From NCBI GenBank assembly GCA_035714925.1, contig DASTLN010000126.1, forward strand, positions 5,106-69,105: a DNA stretch of 64,000 nt. The letters are read 5' to 3'. The stretch comes from Dehalococcoidia bacterium (GTDB lineage: Bacteria; Chloroflexota; Dehalococcoidia; DSTF01; WHTK01). Position numbers and translations under genes: made by a program. Below the pieces are notes generated by a model. The model made no database searches and was not told the DNA's origin. It saw only the letters and a list, made by a program, of their open reading frames with translations. Positions within the stretch are counted from its first letter, which is position 1. Every line of letters starts with the position of its first letter. Positions 58,128 to 64,000 of this stretch are shown here, piece by piece.

Positions 58128-59084
58128 TCAGACGGCCTCTGCCCGGTCGGCCGCCTGCCTGGCGCGCCGCGTGTTGTACATGTCGGCGTCGGCGAGCCTG
58201 ATCAGCTCGGTGGCCGTGTCCGAATCGTCGGGATAGCTCGCGAAACCGAAGGTAGCCGCCACGGACAAGTGCTTGCCGCCGGCATCGAAGGTGGCCAGCG
58301 CTTCCCCGACCCGCCTAGCGAAGAAGCGCCCCTGTTCGGCTGAGCCTTGAACGAGCGCCAAAAACTCGTCACCTCCGAAGCGTCCGACTGTCGCGCCCGG
58401 TCGGGACAATTCCTGCGCAACGTCTCTGAGCACCTGGTCGCCGGTTAGATGGCCGTATGTGTCGTTGACGGCTTTGAAGCCGTTGAGGTCGACCATACAT
58501 ACGGTCAGTGGTTCCGGCGACGATTCGATTCGCGCTTCAAGCTCCTCGACAACAGCGGCGTGGTTGAGCGCTCCGGTCAACGGATCAAGTCGTACGCGGG
58601 CGCGCAGCTCTTCCTCCAGCGCACGGCGCCGGCTCACGTCCACGACCGCGGATCTGCTGGCAATCACCCGTCCCGATTCGTCGCTGATCGGTTCGACGGT
58701 TAGGCTGACCCAGGCGGACTCGCCAGAGAACCTCCGCATCTCGAGTTCCTCACTATCGATAGCGAGACCAGCTTTGAATCGCTGGAAGAGCATCTGCGCT
58801 TTATCCCTGCCGGAAGGCGTATCCGCGTACAGTTCCATGACTTTCTTACCAACCAAGGTATCATCCTGCGACGCAAGCAGGTCTCTGGCGCGGCGGTTAG
58901 CGCCCTGCACAACTCCGGCGCGATCGACTGTGAAGTAGGCGAGCGGCGCGTTTTCATAGAGATCCCGAAACCTCGCTTCGGATGCCTTCAAGCGTTCGTA
59001 GTCCCGGCGCCATTCGATGAAACCGGCGATGGAAGCAGGGAGGTTCGCGAGGCGATGGAGCAGCGTTCGTGGATATCGGCGCAT
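58128..59084 (-). CDS. PAS-GGDEF diguanylate cyclase
   Basis: 318 aa. PAS region plus GGDEF active site (RFGGDEFLAL). Confidence 0.85.
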   Translation of the reverse strand: MRRYPRTLLHRLANLPASIAGFIEWRRDYERLKASEARFRDLYENAPLAYFTVDRAGVVQGANRRARDLLASQDDTLVGKKVMELYADTPSGRDKAQMLFQRFKAGLAIDSEELEMRRFSGESAWVSLTVEPISDESGRVIASRSAVVDVSRRRALEEELRARVRLDPLTGALNHAAVVEELEARIESSPEPLTVCMVDLNGFKAVNDTYGHLTGDQVLRDVAQELSRPGATVGRFGGDEFLALVQGSAEQGRFFARRVGEALATFDAGGKHLSVAATFGFASYPDDSDTATELIRLADADMYNTRRARQAADRAEAV

Positions 59085-59094
59085 CGTACCTGGC

Positions 59095-60597
59095 TCAGTG
59101 GGTGGCGCAGTAGCAGAACAGCACGCCGCTCTGCCGGCCGTCCCGGACGTGCTCGATGAAGCGCTTCGTCATCACCGGGTCTAGCTGATCGCCCGCCACG
59201 CTCTCCAGGTGAAGCAGCGCCTCCTCCTCGGTCAACGCGGCGCGGTAGGGGCGGTCCGTGGTCATTGCATCGAAGACATCGATGATCGCGAGCAGCCGCG
59301 CTTCCGGCATGATCTCTTCGCCCTTGAGGCCGCGCGGATAGCCGCCGCCGGCCCAGCGTTCGTGGTCTTCGCCGGCGATGCGGGCGATGCTCTCCAGGCC
59401 GGGGATGCGCGAGACGATCGACTCGCCGATGGGAGCGTGGCGCTTCATCTGTTCGAACTCGCCGGCGTCCAGTTTGCCGGGTTTGAAGAGGACGGCGTCC
59501 GGGACGCCGATCTTGCCCACGTCGTGCATCAGGGCCGCCCTCCTCAGGCGGTCGACGTGGCCGCGCGACCAGCCCAGGAACGTGGCGAAATGCGCCGCGT
59601 AGTCCGCAACCCGCAGGGAGTGTCCGGCGGTATACGGATCGCGCGCGTCGATAGCCTCGCCCAGGGCAGCGATCGCGGCTTCTGAGACCCAGCTCGCGCG
59701 CTCGTACATGCGATAGGCAGCCTGCGCCAGCAGCAGCCCGCCCAGACTGAGGGCGAGGATGGCGTCGCCTTCGACAGCAGCCCAGTGCGCCAGGAGGGAG
59801 CCGGAGATGATCAGGCCGTTGTAACGGAAGAAGAGCAACGGCAGGTGTTCGCCCCAGAATGCGGTCCCTATCTGGCCCGCCTGCAGCCTTGCCCTGGCGC
59901 TTGCCGTTACGAAGTCGACCAGCATGAAGGCGCCCGCGAAGCGCATACCCTCCATGGCGGCATTCCTCCACAGGTCCACTTCAGCGTGCAGGAGGGACTC
60001 CCACCGGCCGGCCGTCATGCCGCCGATGATGACAGCGATTGCCGCCAGGCCCGGCGAAAGCGACAGAAGCTTATGTCCGGCTTCGTGACGCGCGGCGAGC
60101 CAGAGACCGAAGATGATGAGCCAGACAATGGGGACGCTGCTTTGCCCGACAGAAGGCGGTTCAGCGCCCGAAATCGCGCCGGCGGCGAAAGCCCCGGCCG
60201 TGACCATGAGCCCAAAGAGGGCAAGATTCCAGAGGACCAGCGACGCCCGCCGGCGCCTGATCGCGCCATCTCCTATGAGTACGGAGGTGGCGACTACCGC
60301 GAGTCCGGCGCCGAAGCCGAGGTAGAGCACGGCGAGGGCCGCCAGCAGACCCGCGAGTGTTACGGCCTTGCCGTGGTGCGAGGTTGCGAGGAACTCGGCT
60401 GCGAGCGCGGCCAGCATGAGGAGGGCGATTCGCCAATCGCCCTCGAGTGCCAGCGTGACCAGGACAACGGCCGCCCAGAGGCAGGCGTAGGTGCTGCTCG
60501 CGCCGACTCTGCGGAGGAACCCTGGGACTTTCGGGACGGCAGAATCCCACGTTAGCCGTCGTTCTATTCCAGTAGCCGTAACCGGCCTCCTTCTCAA
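59095..60597 (-). CDS. membrane-anchored HD-GYP c-di-GMP phosphodiesterase
   Basis: About 280 aa of N-terminal TM helices, then HD-GYP (HSLRVADYA..., LMHDVGKIGVPD..., HHERWAGGGYPRG). 10-nt gap to the GGDEF gene. Confidence 0.8.
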   Translation of the reverse strand: MRRRPVTATGIERRLTWDSAVPKVPGFLRRVGASSTYACLWAAVVLVTLALEGDWRIALLMLAALAAEFLATSHHGKAVTLAGLLAALAVLYLGFGAGLAVVATSVLIGDGAIRRRRASLVLWNLALFGLMVTAGAFAAGAISGAEPPSVGQSSVPIVWLIIFGLWLAARHEAGHKLLSLSPGLAAIAVIIGGMTAGRWESLLHAEVDLWRNAAMEGMRFAGAFMLVDFVTASARARLQAGQIGTAFWGEHLPLLFFRYNGLIISGSLLAHWAAVEGDAILALSLGGLLLAQAAYRMYERASWVSEAAIAALGEAIDARDPYTAGHSLRVADYAAHFATFLGWSRGHVDRLRRAALMHDVGKIGVPDAVLFKPGKLDAGEFEQMKRHAPIGESIVSRIPGLESIARIAGEDHERWAGGGYPRGLKGEEIMPEARLLAIIDVFDAMTTDRPYRAALTEEEALLHLESVAGDQLDPVMTKRFIEHVRDGRQSGVLFCYCATH

Positions 60598-60659
60598 CCA
60601 GACTGGCTCAACCCAGACCGGCGTCAGAGGATGTATCGGCTCTTTCTGTGTCCGGCTGC

Positions 60660-60673
60660 GTGACGCACGTCAC
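60660..60673 (+). promoter_or_regulatory. perfect palindrome GTGACGCACGTCAC (CRE/TGACG-like) upstream of the glutaredoxin-like gene
   Basis: 6-bp arms with a 2-bp spacer, about 55-120 bp upstream of the candidate starts. Confidence 0.3.
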
Positions 60674-60789
60674 AGTCAGCGACTCGTCGGGGTGGGATGG
60701 TGGTCAGGCAGACTAAGGAGCAGAACATCGTGAGCCTGATTTCCAGATTCTTCCGCCGTGACGGCGAGGCGCAGCAAGGGGGACCTCAC

Positions 60790-61062
60790 GTGGTTGAGCG
60801 CCCCCTGGCCGACCCTCCGGCAGTCACGGTCTATACGACGGGGTGGTGCGCCAGTTGCTTTATGGCCAAGCGCTATCTGCAGCAGAAGGGCGTTGCCTTC
60901 CGCGAAATCGACATCGAACGCGTACCGGGCGCCGCCAGAGAGGTCATGAACCTGGCGCGTGGGTACAAGACGGTCCCCACCTTCATCATCGGGGAATCCG
61001 TGGTGGTGGACTGGGACCAGCGTGCGGTAGCGTCTGCGCTCACCAGAGAGGGATTGCTCTGA
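60790..61062 (+). CDS. glutaredoxin/NrdH-like thioredoxin-fold protein (CASC motif)
   Basis: VTVYTTGWCASCF...TVPTFIIGE. GTG at 60790 after GGGGGA gives a 90-aa Grx-sized product. Track ORF starts at 60697 and another GTG lies at 60730. Confidence 0.6.
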   Translation: MVERPLADPPAVTVYTTGWCASCFMAKRYLQQKGVAFREIDIERVPGAAREVMNLARGYKTVPTFIIGESVVVDWDQRAVASALTREGLL

Positions 61063-61161
61063 CGTTCGGGAGATCGGAGGTGATGCCGAGCCCAGAATCA
61101 AACAGGTGTGAGTCTGTCAACATCCGAGAGGGATCTCTCGCGACTCGAAAGGGGAGCATCG

Positions 61162-61443
61162 TTGAAAGAACTGAAGGCACGCCTGGCACTCGCCATCGCG
61201 ATACTCGGGCTGGCTGCGTCTGCGCTCGGTCCGGGAGTCGCACTGGCGGCATCACCCGACAACCCAGATTGTTTGGGCGTCGTAACGAGTCAGAGAGCGA
61301 GCGCGTTGCATGACGTCGGCGAGCACGCTTCGTCGCAGGAGGTACCGCGATCGGGCCTGGGAAACAACCCGTTTGGCCACGTTAGCGAACTCGGAAGCTT
61401 CCTCGCCGTAATCGACGGCATAGATGAAACGAACTGCCCTTAG
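61162..61443 (+). CDS. small hypothetical secreted protein (signal-peptide-like N-terminus)
   Basis: Possible TTG start after GGGGAG. LKELKARLALAIAILGLAASALGPGVALAA resembles a signal peptide. Weak. Confidence 0.3.
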   Translation: MKELKARLALAIAILGLAASALGPGVALAASPDNPDCLGVVTSQRASALHDVGEHASSQEVPRSGLGNNPFGHVSELGSFLAVIDGIDETNCP

Positions 61444-61880
61444 CTGGAAGGCCTAGCGATTTGAAGAGGCCCGGCGAAGCGCTGGGCCTCTCCTCAAGAG
61501 GCGGAAGAAGGGACGGTGGACTGATGAACGTCAACCTCACGCAGCGAGCGGCGAAAGAGCTAGCAAGGCGCGGCGGAATCGCCACTATAGACTACGTCCC
61601 AGCCATCGCTTGAGGCGGATACCCTGAGGTGTCGGTCGGCACCCATCTCAAAGGCAGGAACCTTAGCCGCTACCGCAGCATCCTTCAAGACGAGTTCAAG
61701 CTGCTGATTGCGCCTGCCCTTTACTCACAGGCCAGCAGCATCACCGTGGACGTGGCCGACTTCCTCTTCTGGCGGTCGCTGACAGCCGCGGCGGAGCCTC
61801 TAAGCGACCACTTCCACAGCCCTGCCTGTCGCCATTAGGAGCGCGACGCTTTCCGGAAAGACCCACCGACGAAGCCCCCC

Positions 61881-63692
61881 CTAGTCGCGCAGCGCCTTAT
61901 CGAGATTAAAGGCGGCGCTGATCAGGCCCATGTGTGTAAAGGCCTGGGGGAAGTTGCCAAGCGCCTCGCCGGTGAGCCCCGTCTGCTCCGAATACAGGCC
62001 GACATGGTTGGCATACGTGAGCATCTTCTCGAAGATCAGGCGAGCTTCGTGGATCCGGCCCGCGCGCGTCAGCGCCTCCACCAGCCAGAAGGTGCACATG
62101 TTGAAGGTGCCCTCGCGGCCCGCCAAGCCGTCGAAGTCCCCGTTGCCGGTCTCATAGCGGTAGATCAAGCCGTCCGAGACCAATCGTTCCTGCATCGCGT
62201 CTAGGGTTGAGAGCATGCGAGGGTCTGTCGGCGAGATGAAAAAGGTCAGTGGCATGAGCAGGTTGCTGGCGTCGAGGGCATCCGTCTCATAGTGCTGCAC
62301 GAACGCCTTGCGTGAGTCGTTCCAGCCGCGCGACATGATTTCCTCGTAGATCTTGTCGCGGACCTCGATCCACTTTGCCCGCGGCGCCGGGAAGGATCGC
62401 TTGTCCGCGAGCCTGATGCCTCGGTCGAGGGCAACCCAGCACATGAGCTTGGAGTAGACCATGTCGTGGCGGCCGCCACGGATCTCCCAGATCCCCTCGT
62501 CCTTTTTGTTCCAGTTATGCACGACGTAGTCCAGCAGTTGACGCAAGTGGCCCCACAGCTCATACGTCGTCGGCTTGCCGTACTTGTTTGCCAGATAGGC
62601 GGCGTCCAGCAACTCGCCGTAGATGTCGAGCTGGAGCTGTCCGGCCGCCGCGTTACCGACGCGCACGGGCGCCGAACGCTGGTAGCCTTCGAGGTGTGGT
62701 AAGTCGATCTCAGGCAGGTTGTGCTCGCCCCTGATGCCATACATGATCTGAAGCGAGCCGTCGGGGGCGGTCTCGTGCGCGCGGTCGTCGATCCAGTCCA
62801 TGAACCGCTCCGCCTCGCGCGTGAGGCCGAGACGGACGAAGGCGTAGATCGTGAAGGCCGCGTCGCGGATCCAGGTGTAGCGGTAGTCCCAGTTGCGGAC
62901 GCCGCCGATCTCCTCCGGGAGGCTGGTTGTGGGCGCCGCGACCAGGGCGCCGGTCGGCTCGAACGTCAGCAGCTTGAGCGTCAGCGCCGAACGCATCACC
63001 ATCTCCTGCCAGCGGCCGCTGTACTTGATGCCGCCTGCCCAGCGGCGCCAGTATTCGATCGTGGACTCGAACTCCGGCTGGCCATCGTAAGACTGCTCGA
63101 CTGGCTCGCTGCTGCTGTTGGCGCGTGACCAGCGCAGCATAAATGTGACAGACTCTCCTTCCTGCAGTGCGAAGTCCGCTTCTACAGCACCGCGAACCGC
63201 GGAGAGGGGTACAGGTGAAGAAAGCCCCAGCTTGACGCTACCCGAGGTGAAGACGGCGCCCCCGGGAATCAGCTCGATCTCGTGGTCGCCCCGCGCGTAG
63301 TCGAATGCTGGCCGACACACGAGCTTGAAGCGGACCGAGCCGCGCACGACCTTCACCTGTCGCACGATATCCGTAGGGGTGTCGTCCCAGTCTGGGCCTG
63401 CCTGGACCGGCATGAAGTCTGTCAGTTCGCCGACGCCCTCCGGGCAGAGGAAGCGTGTCAAGAGCACATTCGTCTCGGGCAGATACATCTGTTTCGAAGT
63501 GCCGACGTCCGCCGGCATGATCCGGAAGAGGCCACCCTTGGCGGCGTCGAGCAAGCCGCCAAAGACACTGGGCGAGTCGAAGTCCGGCAGGCAGCACCAG
63601 TCGATGGAGCCGTCCAGTCCCACGAGCGCCACGGTGCGGAGATTGCCGATGACCCCGTAGTCGCTGATCGGTTTGTAAGGTCCCTCGTACAC
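61881..63692 (-). CDS. glycoside hydrolase family 15 (glucoamylase/trehalase-like)
   Basis: 603 aa. GH15 N-terminal beta-sandwich and (alpha/alpha)6 blocks (YGVIGNLRT..., WIRDAAFT). GTG start with AGGGAG RBS. Confidence 0.85.
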   Translation of the reverse strand: MYEGPYKPISDYGVIGNLRTVALVGLDGSIDWCCLPDFDSPSVFGGLLDAAKGGLFRIMPADVGTSKQMYLPETNVLLTRFLCPEGVGELTDFMPVQAGPDWDDTPTDIVRQVKVVRGSVRFKLVCRPAFDYARGDHEIELIPGGAVFTSGSVKLGLSSPVPLSAVRGAVEADFALQEGESVTFMLRWSRANSSSEPVEQSYDGQPEFESTIEYWRRWAGGIKYSGRWQEMVMRSALTLKLLTFEPTGALVAAPTTSLPEEIGGVRNWDYRYTWIRDAAFTIYAFVRLGLTREAERFMDWIDDRAHETAPDGSLQIMYGIRGEHNLPEIDLPHLEGYQRSAPVRVGNAAAGQLQLDIYGELLDAAYLANKYGKPTTYELWGHLRQLLDYVVHNWNKKDEGIWEIRGGRHDMVYSKLMCWVALDRGIRLADKRSFPAPRAKWIEVRDKIYEEIMSRGWNDSRKAFVQHYETDALDASNLLMPLTFFISPTDPRMLSTLDAMQERLVSDGLIYRYETGNGDFDGLAGREGTFNMCTFWLVEALTRAGRIHEARLIFEKMLTYANHVGLYSEQTGLTGEALGNFPQAFTHMGLISAAFNLDKALRD

Positions 63693-63704
63693 GGCTGCTC
63701 CCTT

Positions 63705-64000
63705 TCAAACTCGCACTCGGACCAGAGGCCCAGACGAGAACACGCCCGGCGGCGCCGGGATTCCCGCTTCCCGGTAGACCGCGTCCGGGATACCTATGTC
63801 CGCGAGCAGGACCTGGCCAACGTGGCCGCGGGCCGATTCTGCCAGCAGGCCGGCCTTGGGAAGCGCCAGCGTGACGGTCGCCGTGGCGCGGACGGCGAGC
63901 CCCTGCGCGGCACCCGTGTCGGCGTCAACGCCGCTCGGAAGGTCGAGCGCGATGACCCCGGCCCCGGACGCGTTCAGCGCTTCGACGGCATCGGCGGCGG
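63705..64000 (-). CDS. NAD(P)H-hydrate epimerase / YjeF N-terminal domain protein, 5'-partial (runs off window end)
   Basis: Manual translation gives ...AADAVEALNASGAGVIALDLPSGVDADTGAAQGLAVRATATVTLALPKAGLL...VLLADIGIP...*, matching YjeF_N conserved blocks. Absent from the ORF track because it is truncated by the window edge. Confidence 0.55.
   Translation of the reverse strand, partial: AADAVEALNASGAGVIALDLPSGVDADTGAAQGLAVRATATVTLALPKAGLLAESARGHVGQVLLADIGIPDAVYREAGIPAPPGVFSSGPLVRVRV

Noticed and set aside
60697-61062. In-frame TGA read-through at the stop of the glutaredoxin-like gene as a third selenoprotein
   Set aside because: The TGA is the natural C-terminal stop. The downstream frame hits another stop within 7 codons, and the CxxC (CASC) is intact upstream.

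Overview
This is a high-GC (about 68-70%) bacterial chromosomal segment with GGAGG-type ribosome-binding sites and dense coding; the taxon is unknown but looks actinobacterial or Chloroflexi-like. The first 20 kb carries ordinary transport and housekeeping genes: a partial membrane protein, a PhoD-like phosphatase, an acetyl-CoA-transferase and FNT-channel operon, an ABC/FtsX exporter, ald coupled to a Ca2+/cation antiporter, an APC permease, MgtE, a LonC-like protease, PadR-ChrA, and an MFS transporter. At 20.85-25.0 kb there is a small HxlR / MFS-efflux / alpha-beta-hydrolase module. It is bracketed by a 65-70 bp duplication of the 3' end of a VOC gene, and it sits next to about 1 kb of non-coding DNA that holds a tRNA 3'-end-like fragment and hairpin-rich repeats. 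From 25.0 to 56.0 kb there is an aromatic/heterocyclic catabolic gene island of about 31 kb. It is flanked by direct copies of a roughly 300-500 bp non-coding repeat (about 24430-24960 and 56628-56940). The island has three regulatory units. A GntR unit holds ornithine-cyclodeaminase, cupin and amidohydrolase-2 genes. A MarR unit holds SBP, MetE-like, ACAD-like and LLM oxygenase genes and a hydrolase. A LysR-centred pair of divergent 9-gene operons holds extradiol dioxygenase, HpaB-like and ACAD-like oxygenases, three FAH and three amidohydrolase-2 paralogs, two MBL, two cupin, two MetE-like Zn-methyltransferases, two orphan family-5 SBPs, a 3-oxoadipate-type CoA-transferase and a thiolase. 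The most notable observation is that two peroxidase-type genes inside these operons carry an in-frame TGA exactly at their catalytic cysteine. One is AhpD/CMD-like (CxxU...H) and one is OsmC-like. Each has a hairpin about 15 nt downstream of the TGA, so both are likely selenoproteins that a standard gene caller would split. After the island come a 1.3 kb non-coding region, an HD-GYP plus PAS-GGDEF c-di-GMP pair, a glutaredoxin-like gene, a GH15 glycosidase and a partial YjeF-N gene. No integrase, transposase, CRISPR array or rRNA was found.
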